A DNA stretch of 64,000 bases, taken from NCBI RefSeq assembly GCF_009914755.1, contig NC_060926.1; one strand, written 5' to 3'. The translations under genes were made by a program, and so were the position numbers. Of this stretch, positions 29,350 to 43,068 are shown piece by piece. The stretch is from the human T2T-CHM13v2.0 reference genome, Homo sapiens. Positions within the stretch are counted from its first letter, which is position 1, and the number at the start of each line of letters is the position of its first letter. The notes beneath the pieces are model-generated. The model was not told the origin of the DNA. It saw nothing but the letters and a program-made list of their open reading frames with translations, and made no database searches.

Positions 29350-30344
29350 CTCTGTTTCAATGATTTAGGTCAGATTTTTGTGCACTTGACCTAGAGCTTT
29401 TCTGCTCATACAGATAAAGTAAGAATTTAGCACACTTCTTATCTATTTCACTTCTAGGAACAACCATGACCAAACAGCCAACACCATAAGCCTGTGTAAG
29501 TCAGACTATTCAGATTGCTGCTTTGACTCTACAAATCCAGCGTTTCCAATTTACTCACTGTAGGCCACATTTTAGTCCATGTTTCACCTAATCAACTAAA
29601 CAAATGGTTAGAACTCTTTCTGACTCCCTGAACTGCAACACTGAACACAGATTCTCCACTTAGTGAGCCCATGCCAATAAATTCATCCTGATCCAACTTC
29701 GCATTTCTTCCACCACTATTCCTTACCTTCAGCATCCATTTCTACATATGTCCTCTGGTTTTTGTGTGCATAAATTAAAAACATCAAGTGGTTATTTTTA
29801 GTGTAATTCACTTCCCAATGGGTCACATATTGTACCTTGTCTTTATAGGTCTGCTGGGAGTTGAGTAAAGTTATAGGTCTAGAAGCAAAGAGGGGTGGTG
29901 GGTGGGTGTGAGTCCTGAAGAGAATCACCTGTCTTGCATGGTAAGTGCCTCCAGGAGGCCATGATAGTTTCCTCTGTCAATGTAGGGTTAATCTCTTCAC
30001 GCTGAGATGGAAAGGCTGATACTGCAGTGGGTGGGAAGGAGCTATCACTCACTGGGGATATGGAAGCCACTTCTGTTGGGATTGGAGAGGCCAATAGCTC
30101 CGGTAAATGAGGAGGTCGCTTTCAGTTGGGGTAGGGATACCTCTTCTACTGGCAAAGAAGACTCATTATACTTAGGTGTTCAATGTCCACAGCTTCACTG
30201 GGGTCTTCTCTTGTGTCTTTACCCCAATTTATAGGATCCCATTCACTCCCAATCAATGACCTCACTTTAACAAGAAACACTTTATGAGACTGGAAGTTCC
30301 TCTTGTGTTGTAATTCAGATCGTCTTAGTCATTTGATTTTTAAC

Positions 30345-30870
30345 AATTTCAGCCCTGTGATTGAAAAGCTGTCTTTCATAATTCAAGATAAGATAAAGAA
30401 GTTTTCATATTAAAAAAAAACAAAATTTATCAGTAGCAGACCTGTGTTGGCCAAAGGCCAAAGGGATTTGCTTAATCTGAGGGGAACTGAAACCATATTT
30501 TAATGCATATCCACAAGAAGCAATGAATGAACAAAACTGGTAAGTATATGTGTAAATACAAAAGACTATATAATCTTTCCTTTCTGCTCTTAATTTCTCT
30601 AAAAACACATGTATATATGAACTAATTTTTCATAAAAACATGGTAGTGGTTTTTAATGTATGTAGAAGGAATATATACAAAAAGAATAGTGCAAAGGATG
30701 AGGAAATAAATGAAACTATAGTGTTTCAAGATTCCTATATTTCATTTAAAAATACAATGTTTAATTAGATTGTTGTACGTTAAATTAATTCACAGTAATC
30801 CCTTGAAGCAATCACTGGAATTACAATGCAAAGAAGTATAGCTAAATGACAATCAGGAAATCTAACTCAG
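30345..30870 (+). mobile_element. Old L1 (end of ORF1 and inter-ORF region), right part of ERV-L host
   Basis: aaagctgtctttcataattcaagataagataaagaagttttca...aatttatcagtagcagacctg resembles the L1 ORF1 C-terminus. Confidence 0.6.
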
Positions 30871-33699
30871 CGTTGCCAAAATGTCTCTCTTCATCATGTA
30901 TAAGGAGAAAAAAGAATCCAGACAAACTGGGGGGGTTTTCAAGCCCTGGAGGTAACTTCATACTTCCAAGTATGGATAAATGGTTTTCAAAGTGTTATAA
31001 ATTCAGGCACAGTGATAACTAGAAATTTTTCTAGTTTCCAGGATTTAGAATGTACAGCCTCTAAATTAGAGTCAGAATATGTATATTCCTTCAAACAACT
31101 TTATGCTACAAAATAATGAAAAGGTAAAACTGACTGGCCTAGCTTAATAATGTTGGTAACTTATTATAAAAAACAAATTTGATTCTATTTTCATGTGTTT
31201 CACAGATAATCAAAAGTAGTGGAAAGAACTACATGAGAATCAGGGCAAAATAATTAGATTCTACAATGATTATATGTGAATATGTGCCTCTTCGATGTGT
31301 ATAGAGCCTGGAGGGAGACAACTGAACCAGGGTAATGCTGATCTCCAATAACAGAAATCTAATGAAAGTAAATACGATACTATAACATTTCAGTGGCAGT
31401 CCACTTTTTTTGATATATGAGGTACTATTTTACCATTGGTTTAATTTTGAAATCATGGTTGAAAAATTTTAATGAGATAGTGACTAATTAGTGTTTAATT
31501 TTATGATATACAATTATAAAAAGAAAAATGGGATATTGATCTGTTGACAATTAATTAGCTTTAAGTGGACATTTTATCTGCATATTTCAAAATATGTTTA
31601 ATACTATTTACTATACAAATATTCTTATTTTATCCCTTTGGTATAAACTTTATAATAACACATAAAATAACTGAGGGATATAGAGTCATTATTTCTATTT
31701 TATTTTAGTCATGCACACTTATTCATCCCTTTTAAGAAATAAATTTGCGCACAAACAGAAAAGGCAATTACTATGTAATTCTCTAAGAAGGATAAAATTA
31801 TATATCTAATTATCATCTATATTCCTTGCATAATGATATAATAATAAATAAAGCAATTATTATTCTTCAAAATTCTCTGTAAAAGTGTAATCTATTAAGT
31901 CTCTTTAAAAACCAATAGAATATTTCAAAAATTTTCTTGAATTTCTTCTCATAAATTGGTAGCAATGTATAGCTCCAGGGAGGAAAATTGGATATGTGGG
32001 AGACAGTAGTGATAGGAAAATGTTCTTTCAGTTGTGTAGCTTTTGGTGCCTTTCTAATTTTATACCATGAGCATGTATACTAAAATTTAAAAAATTAAAA
32101 ATTAACTGACCAATTCTGAAAAAATTGTAGTTTATCTGCATAATAAACGAAGCCCAATGTGTAGTTGTACTAGTCAATTACAGAATGAAGACAGAGAGGG
32201 ATTCCTGGAGAGAGGGTAGAACATGATGAAATGTGATAGAATAAAGAGCCAGAAATATGGTGAGAAGCCAGAAAGAAGGTAGAAGGTAAGTTCTGAGATT
32301 TTCACAGTGGTGATGATGTTTTATAAGTAGGGCTATCTATTCCATGTTAATCAGTTCCCTGTATTCCTTTCCCCTTTGCCTACATTGTATCTGATAGTAA
32401 TTTTCTAATTGCAAATGTTACAACTTCCATCCAAAGTGGCTTCAGCCAAAAAAAATTTATTAGGTCATATAAACTGAAAAATCAAGATCTTGAGCTTTCT
32501 TCCCAGATATAGCTTAATTTAGGCCTCAAGTAGTCCCTCCAAGATCTGCCTTTCAGCTCTGTTACCTCTGATTTGATTAGTCTGACATGGATCAGGCAAT
32601 CAGAGATGGAATGTTAAGCTTGGCATAGATGAGCCCACGTGACTGTCCTTGGGATCTTGTGCTGGAGTGAGCTTCACTGAAGGATACTGCCTGAAAACTG
32701 AAGGGGTAACATCTGAATATTATTTCTCCCAAAAGAGAAGGGGGTGTGTGAAAGGCTGGGAGAGCAAAAATAATCAAAAATCTACTTTCTTTAACCAATT
32801 TCTACTACGGATAGCTGACTTGTATAAGATGTGTTTGGGTTACTCATAGGGAGCATGGGTTTGCTCCACATTGGTTAAGGTACAAAAAAGGGAAGGGATG
32901 TATATAAACATCAAAAAGAGAGATGACTAATTTAACAATAGCAGAAAACTATACCGAGAAAAATGCAGAGGAAAAAAGCCCTAAGGATTTGGGACACAAC
33001 ATTATACTGTGTACATAACATTTTCTTATATTGCATTACTAAACATCACAGGACTGCATATTCTTAGCAATCCAGAAGACATAATTAAAAGGTTCATGAG
33101 ATCCACAGCTATAATAAAAATAAACTCAGGGATTCTACATTGGTTTAACATTCTTTGGAGGAATATTTGCGTTTAACTTTTTAAGATGTTGTTTGGCTTT
33201 ACTGGGATAAAAGTGGATATGTGTAATTTGCCTCAGGCAAATACATTACAGAACCTGAAAAAAAAAAGAGAGATAAAAGTTTACACAGTCTTCTCCCAAG
33301 AGTCAGTCTATACAGGCGAGCATCCCAATGAGTAAAACTCATTTTATAGACAGAAAACACATATATTAAGTTTAGAGTCTAAGAAACTGACTTTAGAGTA
33401 ATCTTCATCTTTCCTATTGTTCTGTAAATGCTCTTGAATAGTTTCATTCCTCTTGCTTTTTTAGAAAATGAATTAATAGTAATTGGACTACTTCCAATAG
33501 AAAAGGTTTCTTTCTTGATCAAGAAAGCAAATGTTTGAAGAAAGTCATAGCAATTTTATTAAACACTGAAAACTAGGAGTAAGGAAGGATTATTAAATCC
33601 TGTTCATAAGTGGAATACCAGCATTTTATACTTGCTGCCTGCGGCAGTTCATCTTTGATTGTCATTTCCTGGACTTAGTTTCTACAAATTTGCAGAATC

Positions 33700-33880
33700 A
33701 GGCTGCAGAGTGAAAAGCACTCAGGTCCCACATTGTCGGCCTACCATCGGCTCCAATACTTACTTATTTATTAGCTCTGTGTCCTTTGAAAGGTCCCCCA
33801 ATGTATTTTGAGCCTCAATCTCCTGTCCTGCCAAATGGCATTTGCAGTGATTTTAACCATTATATAGGTTGTGCATTATA
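33700..33880 (+). mobile_element. MIR SINE
   Basis: gagtgaaaagcac...ggctccaatacttac...tagctctgtgtcctttg...tgagcctcaatctcctgtcctgccaaatgg, MIR core-like. Confidence 0.6.
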
Positions 33881-33899
33881 TAGGTGGTATTACATAGTG

Positions 33900-34880
33900 C
33901 TTAAAAATTTAGAATAATTTCAGATTTACAGAGAACTTGTGAAAATAGTGAAGAGTGCCTGTGTATTGCACAACCAGTTCCTTCTATTGTTGTCAACTTA
34001 CATTCATTATTAGGGCACAGTTGTCACAATTAATGAGCCAATATTGATACATTATTTTTAATTTAAAAGTCCACAGTTTATTCAGATTTTCTTTGTTTGT
34101 TTCTAACCTTTTTCCACTCCAGGATCCCACCTATGATACAGCATTCTTATAGTGGTCATGTCTTTCTTGGCTGCTTCTTGAAACACAACTTCAGGGCTAT
34201 ACTCTCATGCAGAACTTGTCAGAGTTTGGTTGTAGGCTTTGTTTCAACAGGTCTTGAATAAACCTTAGTCTAGGTAGGTCTTTACTTCTATGGCTTTTGT
34301 GGTACCTTAGCTGGATGTTCAAGCGTTAATAAGGCATTAATAACATTTCTCGACTTAATTGAGGCCAAATCTCCAAATTGCATCAGTGCTGTTTAATTTC
34401 AAGTCTCTGTGTTCTGTTCTGAACCTTGTCGAAACAGCTCTCTGGTAAGTCTCAGGTAATCACAACCTGATGACAAGCAGCTCAGCTCTTAGACATGGAC
34501 TCCCAGCTAGTCCCATATGGACTCCAATATGAAACTCCATCCCAGGCCTTTCTTTGTTATCTCTTCAGGTTTCTGTTCTCTGGTTTTTTTTTTGTTGTTG
34601 TTGTTGTTGTTGTTCTTTTGTTCTTTGGCATCTTAGAGGGGATGCCATGATCTGTTGGATTTCAACTCAATGAGTCATAATTGGGAAATTATCCCCAAGT
34701 AGAGAACTACTGAAATCAGTAGGAAAATCATAAGCTTTTCTTCTTTTAGGACTTGCAGTGTTGAATATACTTTTTTGAAGGCCTAAAAATATATGTCATA
34801 TATTTTATTAAATTTTATAGGGTTTTTTGATGGAAGGCTTATATCAGCACAATACAAATATTATTGCTGAAGTTATAGTT
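33900..34880 (-). mobile_element. L1MC 3' end plus further old L1 fragments
   Basis: aataatttcagatttacagagaacttg...tgagccaatattgatacattatt...aagtccacagtttattcagatttt, L1MC 3' UTR antisense; includes (GTT)n near 34590-34615. Confidence 0.6.
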
Positions 34881-35488
34881 CCTCAGTATTTCTTTTTGAT
34901 ATTTTTACTTTCACCTGAAATATATATTAATATGTAATTAACACTAGAAAATTATATATGTATATGCATATATATACACACATACATATATACAAACATA
35001 CCCTCACATATATATGCATATACAAAATTTGGGTTTGTTTATGATGAACAGAAAAAAATACCATTGGTTACAGTTATATAGGTAACAATTACTTATACTA
35101 CTTTATAGAGAAGGTTATATCCTTTATTCAGGCAAAAATAGTTTTAATATGAATTTATATAATGTAGTCACATATGTGCTTTTTACGGCAGTTAGCATGG
35201 GCTGACTGCAGAGTATCTTGGACTCTCAACACTCTATGTAATTTGCGGGAGGGACTAGGGTGACTTCAAATCTAGACTTATGGTTGTGGTTTGCTTTCCC
35301 TGTGATCCCAAGATGAACATGGCACAAGTGCCTTAGTGTGTAAATGAGCTTTCCACTATACCAAGTGTGTAAGAAAACCTGAAAAAGTCATTAGGACTAT
35401 CTGGGGATCCTTAGTAAATAATTCAGCCAAAATGCCATGCACAGGTGCAAATGAAATAAATCATATTACTCTTTAAAACAGTGTGTCA

Positions 35489-35755
35489 CCGCTGTTCTCA
35501 CTTGTAAGTGGGAGCTGAATGATGAGAACACATGGACACATGGTGGGGAACAACACACACTGGGGCCTGTCTGAGGAGGGGTAGCAGAAGGGAGAGCATC
35601 AGAAAGAATAGCTAATGGATGCTGCGCTTAATACCAAGGTGATGGGATGATCTGTGCGATGAACCACCATGGCACACATTTACCTGTGTAACAAACCTTC
35701 ACATCCTGCACGTGTACCCCACAACTTAAAATAAAAGTTGAAGAAAAAATAAAAC
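35489..35755 (+). mobile_element. 5'-truncated L1PA (L1PA10-13-like) 3' end
   Basis: gttctcacttgtaagtgggagctgaatgatgagaacacatggacac...aacttaaaataaaagttgaa; TSD aaaacagtgtgtca / aaaattgtgtgtca. Confidence 0.9.
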
Positions 35756-35807
35756 AAAATTGTGTGTCAGATGTACACGGTCTTAAGTGGCAAACCAAGG
35801 CATGTGA

Positions 35808-36137
<330 letters not shown>

Positions 36138-36254
36138 TTATTAAAGGAAGAATAGTTATCAAAGCAATCCAAGCATGAAACTTTGTGTTAATATAGACTA
36201 AAAATTGGCTTTAAATTTCTAATAATAGGCAGATTATGTTAAAGACCAATAACA

Positions 36255-36380
36255 TTTTCAAATAAAGAAACTAAGAAGAAATGAGGTGAAACTAAGTCTC
36301 ACAAAAATTAAATAATTTGAACAAGGTCACTTAGCTAACAAGTGGCAGAGATGAATCAAAAGTTTAGTTTTGTGTATCTT
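36255..36380 (-). mobile_element. MIR fragment
   Basis: gaaactaagtctcacaaaaattaaataatttgaacaaggtcacttagctaacaagtggcagag. Confidence 0.65.
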
Positions 36381-37644
36381 TGTATAATCCCAAGTCATTC
36401 TTTGCTAGGCCCAGTTTTCCCAATTGGTAATTATCCTGGAAGGGAATAACCTGTTTTCTTGACTTATTTACTCTCCAGTTGTAAAAATATGGTTTTCCTT
36501 ATTTTCTCTGCAACTTGCTAAGTACAATTTTTCCCCTTTTGTAGCCATTAACATTTCTCTCAGTTCCCCAATTCCTTATTCATTTATATTTTTCCTTAAT
36601 AAATATAAAGCTAGGTATATTTTTGTTGTTAGTCCAAAGACTTATATATAGCATGAAGAACACATTTTCCTTTAATATTAAAGCCTCTGGGATTGAGCAA
36701 ATTTAACAAGTCTCTTTAGCTGAGTCCACATTTCCATGGTAGATCACTTTAAAAATAAATGTTTTTATGGATTCAATTTACTGTGACTTACGCACGTTAT
36801 GCCCTCAATAGCTGGACTGTGACTTCCAGCTTCTTTGTCACTTAAAGAATCTTGCAGACTCTTTGTAGCAAATTGGCCCCATTGAAAGTTATAGATCATT
36901 TTGATTCAGCTGCAAACATACAGGGTCAGCCTCAATCTGAAATGCTTTGTTTTTTTCTTATTGGCCATAAATCCCTTTCTTGTCACTTTTGAAGCAGGAG
37001 AAATGCAGTGAAAAATTTAAGAGTTCAGCGAGAATATGACTCTCTAATTAAAACTTATTTGAGAACAAAGCAAATTTATTTATTAAATTGCCAATAATCA
37101 AGCGCAATTGAATATCTGAAAAGGATTTTTTATATTTTTCATCTTGTTATTTGAACTTTAAGATGAACTGTATTCCTAAAAGATTTTAATGAGAGAATGT
37201 TTTCTTAACACCTTAATATTATTCTATTTTTGGAGGTAAGTATATGAATAATATTTATAGCATAGAATAGATTTATGTTATTTATTTCTAGTGACTAAAA
37301 TTTCTGAACACACCAATTATAACTAACAATTCATCTATATCAAATCCACATAATGTAAAAATAAAAGCAGAGATACACATACCAGAAGTAAAGTGTAGAA
37401 CAGTATAAATGCTACATACAAGAAAAAGTATGGGTTCAAACATTTAAGAGTTCTTCATGAATGGAAGCATTAAGATAATGTATCTTGACAGAGACAAATT
37501 CTGAGTTGGGTTTGGAGCAAGATGATGCAGGATATTGGAATTTGCAGTTTATCTTATGTATATTAAGCAGAGTGGTGATATGATCAATATGGTGCTTCAG
37601 GCAGCACACAGGATCGATTAAGAGGCCAAAGGTTCAAGGTCCTG

Positions 37645-38300
37645 ACTCTCACTGGGGCAGTGCAATTCCTAAGGGACATTATGTAAATTTGGGAGCCTTT
37701 TTTGTTTCAATGATAAGATGGTGATAATGGCATTTAATTGGTTAGTGCTACAGAAACAAGGCATTCTGCTATGTGTAGCACAACTTTTAACAGGAAGCAA
37801 TGGTTTTACATACCACTTATCTTCCAAATGCCTTGAGAGAGAGATATATATATACATTAAAAAAATTCATTTAAAAGTTATCTTTTAAGATGTAAATTCA
37901 CACAAAAATACTTTTTTCCCCTGGCTTTAATGACATTGAATGTTCTAGAAATAAACCTAACAAGCAAAATGAGAAGTTATTGTACTCTAGTTGGTTCCAA
38001 ATTTACTAAGAGTAGTTGAACATATTAGAAATCATACCACTCATGGCAAAACTATTTGACAGCTTTTAGATGCCGATATAGTATACTTGTGTCAATCTGT
38101 GTTTATAAAAGACTATTAATATTCTAAAATAATTATCTCTTATTTGCTACATATTTCTTATTTTAACTACAAATAATATACATCAACATTATTCAGTTAT
38201 ATATTTCAAACTGGATTTTAAGTATTTTCCACAAATAACAGTCATCAATGTGTCTAATCTGCCAACATTATTTTTGTTCTAATGAAGAAAGGAAATGTTA
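37645..38300. mobile_element. MER20-like hAT/Charlie relic
   Basis: ctggggcagtgcaattcctaagggacatt...ggcatttaattggttagtgctacaga...ttctgctatgtgtagcacaac resembles MER20 family; diverged. Confidence 0.4.
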
Positions 38301-39648
38301 CATTTAATTAACTATTTTACAATGAAGCATGCTGATAAAATTGGCAAAATATAATATACTTCCGAGATAGTAGGAAAAATTCTAAAAACTCTATACTGTG
38401 TTGTCATTTTAATGCTAAAAAATTTTATTAAAGAAGGAAAAGAGACCATCGTTTTCTAACAGTAGCACAAATGATCATAAAATATACGAAGCCACATACT
38501 ATTAGAAAAAGCAATATTCAGCTTGTCAGCTTTGGGTGGTTACTAGAATTAAGGAAGAAAATCCAAATAATATATTTTTTTCTTATTTCATTAATAAATG
38601 ATCTGTTTCAAGATAAATTAATTCAATGGCAAAAGATGTCAATAATCGATTATTTGGTACCTGTCATCAAGTACATCTTCATTACAATTCTAGGACAGTA
38701 TAATGTGTCAATATGATGAGTTAGTGCTTGCAGATGTTGTGTCCCATGGAATAAAAGTTGTATTAAAATGTTATTTTTAAAAATTTTCAGAGAATGATCA
38801 CCAAACGTCTGTGAATATTAACAAGTTATTTTATGGGCCAAATATTCTACTTTCCAATGTCACTGCTTATACAAACTGGTGGAGCACCAGCTATGTCTGG
38901 TAGGCAGAATGTTGCTAGGCATAAAAAAGTCACAAGCTGTATTTGAACCATTCATTTACATATCTTAGAAACCAGGATTCTTAGATCAAGGCCACAAGTT
39001 ATGAATGTTGTTATTATTGCTATTATTGTTATTATTGCTAATAAACAGTAATATATTAACAACAGATTATTAGTTCATAAATGGTAAAATCACATGAAGA
39101 ATGTGTATGAACATGTTTCTTATATGAAAGAACAGAATATATTTCTAGGAAGGAGCATTGTAGACCATAATCCTAAACTTGGCGCTACATCCCTACCCCT
39201 TTCATGCTGTAAATCCAGTAACTTATCTATTATATCTGGATTTCCTTTTCAGACATTTCTCACTCAACTTATCCATTTGTAATTGCTATCAATGATACAG
39301 TTCATGTTTCTAACTAATAATGCCTATATTAATTAGTAATGACTACACAATTAAGAAAGAAATGTACTCTACACATAGATCCTTTTCTGTTCTTATATTA
39401 ATTGAATTGACGTTTATTTGGACCCAGATTTGCTAGTGCTATTTTCTTAACTAAATTATATTGATGATTAGCCATTGATAAGAATTACAGTTCTTTACTA
39501 TGGAAATGCTGAAATGTTTCTGCCAAATTATTAGATCATTTATTATATATTGATGTATAGGAGGAGTTGATTGGCCTTGTCCTATTGGTATGATTAAGAT
39601 GATATTCCTTTCTACTAATGGACCTTATGTTAAGAATTTTGAGTGATT

Positions 39649-39939
39649 CAAAGACAGAAAACCAAACACTGCATGTTCTCACTCATAGTTGGAATTGAAC
39701 AATGAGAACACCTGGACACAGGGTGGGGAACATCACACACCAGGGCCTGTCGGTGGGTGGGGGTGCTGGGGAGGGATAGCATTAGGAGAAATACCTAATG
39801 TAAATGATGAGTTGATGGGTGCAGCAAACCAACATGGCATGTGTATACCTATGTATCAAACCTGCACGTTGTGCACATGTACCCTAGAACTTAACGTATA
39901 ATAAAAAAAAGACAATAATAAACTATCAAACCATAAAAA
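39649..39939 (+). mobile_element. 5'-truncated L1PA (L1PA5-7-like) 3' end with bipartite tail
   Basis: aaaaccaaacactgcatgttctcactcat...gggatagcattaggagaaatacctaatgtaaatgatgagttg...cacatgtaccctagaacttaa; perfect 17-bp TSD aagaattttgagtgatt (39632-39648, 39940-39956). Confidence 0.95.
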
Positions 39940-42800
39940 AAGAATTTTGAGTGATTATAATATCATTTTTTATAATTTTAAACTGTTGATTACATTTCTT
40001 TAAGAGATTACAAGCTTCACTTGATGCTCTGAAAACTAATAGTGGAAATTTGGTTTCTCCTTAAACATTGGTCTTGAAAAATGCAGGTTTTCATTATCTT
40101 ATTTTTTTTAAATTTTCAGAACAGGAAAGGATTGTTTAGCTGACATGGAAGATTCAATATCTGAACAAGGAGTTCTAAATAATTCTCTGCACCTTAGTCT
40201 GCCAATACTCATTCTAAAACTACACAAAGGAGATTCAAAATAAAAAGAGGATGATAAACGGCAAAACCATCTGAGGTACTTTTTGTTTTTTCATGTATAT
40301 ATGTTTTGAATTAAACAATGAGTTAATTCAGTAAGAATTGTTTAAGATCTAATAGCTCTTAATTCATTTTCTTTATATTATCATCCCTACTCCTGGAATG
40401 TATCTTCCTTAGCATTTATTTGCTTAGAAAGCATATTTCCAGCAGAATTTATATACATATGCCAATTAAGAAATTTAAAATACTGCTGTGATGCTCTTAA
40501 AAATCTTGAAATTTAATTTGATTTAAAATAAAGATATATTGTATATCACAATCCTGTTCTGATTACTTTTCTAAAAACACCCAGGTATTGAATAATTGAA
40601 ACCACAGATTGCTGCAAAATAGCTTGGTAGATATGAGTAGTTGCCCAAGTTGCAGAAGAGGATGCTGTTGTACACATCATCCTTGAGATAGGATGTAGAA
40701 ACCCAGACACAGATGGATTGATGATACTCTAGATACCGAGGTATGAAATACTAAGAAAAAAACTTTAAAAAATTCAAAGCTCTACTTCTTGAAAATCTAA
40801 TTCAATAAGGTTAGAGTGAAGAGTTTGTTTCTTCTAAAAGGCATCCATGTTAATTCTGAGGGAGAGCCAAATTTGGAAATTATTTAAAGACTTAATGTTT
40901 TTCTTTTCTTCTTTCTATAAAATGTTAATAACTATTATACAATGGCCTACTTTTACTTTTCTTCCAAATCTATTCCAAAGGTATATTTATTTGCTTATTT
41001 TCATAATAAATATAATACAAGATTGCCCCTTTAAATTTAAATATATTCAGAAACATTTCCTATGAAAAATTTATTATGAGGAAAACAGACAACATATATG
41101 CGTAATGAATTTATGCAATAATAATATTTACGTAAATGCATACAGTACATGTATTTTCAGCATTTAATATGATAATGATACTTCAAGAAATATGATATAA
41201 TAAATATGATACTTCAAGACATTTTTTACATGAGCAATGCCAGTATCTAATTTTTATCTTTATGATCACATATGTATTTTCAAGATTATTGGTGGTTTTC
41301 TTCCTTTACAACTTTTATTTTAGGTTTAGGAAGTACATGTGCAGATTACTTACGTGAGTAAACTGTACATTGTGGGTGTTTACTGTACAGATTATATTGT
41401 TACCCAGCTATTGAGCATAGTATCTGATAGATCATTTTTTGATCTTTACCCTCCTCTCACCTCCATTCTCAAGTAGGCCCTGGTGTTTATTGTTCCCTTC
41501 TTTCTGTCCACTTGTTTTTCTGTTTCTGTCTTAATTTGTTTAGGATAATGGCCTCCAATCCATCTATATTGTTGCAAAGGACATGATTTTGATCTTTCTG
41601 TGCTAGCATATTATTCCATGTTGTCTATAGACCACATTTTCTTTATCCAGTCCACCATCAATGGGCACTTAGGAGGATAGCACATCTTTGTTATTGTGAA
41701 TAGGGCTGTGACAAATACATGTATGCATGTATCTTTATGACAGAATGATTTGTATTCCTTTAGGTATATGCTCAGTAATGGAATTGGGTTGAATGGTAGT
41801 TATGTTTTAAGTTATTTCAGAAATCTCCAAACTGCTTTCCACAGTGGCTGAAATAATTTACATTCCCACCAGCAGTGCATAACTGTTCCTTTTTCTCTGT
41901 AACCTCACCAACATCTGTTATTTTTTATCTTTTTAATACTAGTCATTCTGACTGGTGTGAGAGGGTGTCTTATTGTGGTTTTGATTTGCATTTCTCTAAT
42001 GTTTAATGATGGTAAGCATTTTCCATATGCTTATTGATCACATGTATGTCTTTTATTGAGAATTGTCTGTTCGTGTCCTTTGCTCATTTTTTAATGGGGT
42101 TATATGTTTTTTGCTTGTTGGTATATTTAAGTTCCTTATATATTCTGGATATTAGACCATTGTCAGATACATAGTTCGCAAATGTTTTCTCCCATTTGTA
42201 GGTATTCTGTTTAGTTTCTTGATAGTTTCTCTTGTCTTGCCAAAGCTCTTTAGTTTTATTTGGTCCTTGGTATCAATTTTTGTTTTTGTTGTAGTTGCTT
42301 CAGGAGTCCTTGTCATGAAATCTTTGCCAGGTCCAATATCCAGAATCCTATTTCCTAGATTTTCTTCTAGGGTTTTTATAGTTTTAGGTTTTACATTTAA
42401 ATCTTCAATCCATCTTTAGTTGTTTTTTGTATATGGTGAAAGAATGTTGTCCAGTTTTATTCTTCTGTATGTAGCTAGCCTGTTATTACAGCATCATTTA
42501 TTGAAAAGGAAGTCCTTTCACCATTCCTTATTATCAGCTTCATCAATAATCATATGGCTGTAAGTGCTTGGCTTTATTTCAGGGTTCTCTAATCTGTTCA
42601 ATTGGTCTATGTGGCTATTTTTGTACCAGCACTATGCTGTTCTAATTACTGCAGCCTTATATTATAGTTTGATGTCAAATAGTGTGATGCCGCCAGCTTT
42701 GTTCTTTTTGCTTAAGATTGCTTTGGTTATTTGGAGTCTTTTTGGTCCCATATGAATTTTAGAATACTTTTTCCTAATTGTCTGAAGAAAAGCCATTGGC

Positions 42801-43068
42801 CAATGAATGGATAAAGAAAATATGGTATATATACACCATATAATACTACTCAGCCGTAAGAAAGAATGAAATTTTTTTGCAGCAACTTGGATGCAGACTC
42901 AGAAGGAGGAGGGTGGGGGAGGGGTGAAGGATAAAAAACTACATATTAGGTACAATGTATACTACTTGGGTGATGGGTACACTAAAATCTCAGACTTCAC
43001 CACTATACAATTCACTCAAGTAATCAAATTCCACCTGTACCCCAACAGCTATTGAAATTTTTAAAAAA
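42801..43068 (+). mobile_element. L1PB-type 3' end (internally deleted) nested in the antisense L1
   Basis: aatgaatggataaagaaaatatgg...aaaactacatattaggtacaatgta...ctcagacttcaccactatacaattc...gctattgaaat; degenerate TSD agccattgg / tgtcgttgg. Confidence 0.85.

Larger units (their letters stand above)
26330..30320 (-). mobile_element. ERV-L internal region continued: RNase H, RT, protease, gag remnants (5' LTR missing)
   Basis: ORF remnants GGQVINGVLAWVLFTAGPVGPQTH, VVISPIQECITGI (protease region), AFPSQREEINPTLTEETIMAS, HPPPLFASRPIT (ERV-L gag); interrupted by two LTRs. Confidence 0.85.

Noticed and set aside
32390-32800. Possible LTR33/MLT1-type relic (similar hint at ~47820-48000)
   Set aside because: Only faint motif resemblance; cannot be supported without a profile search
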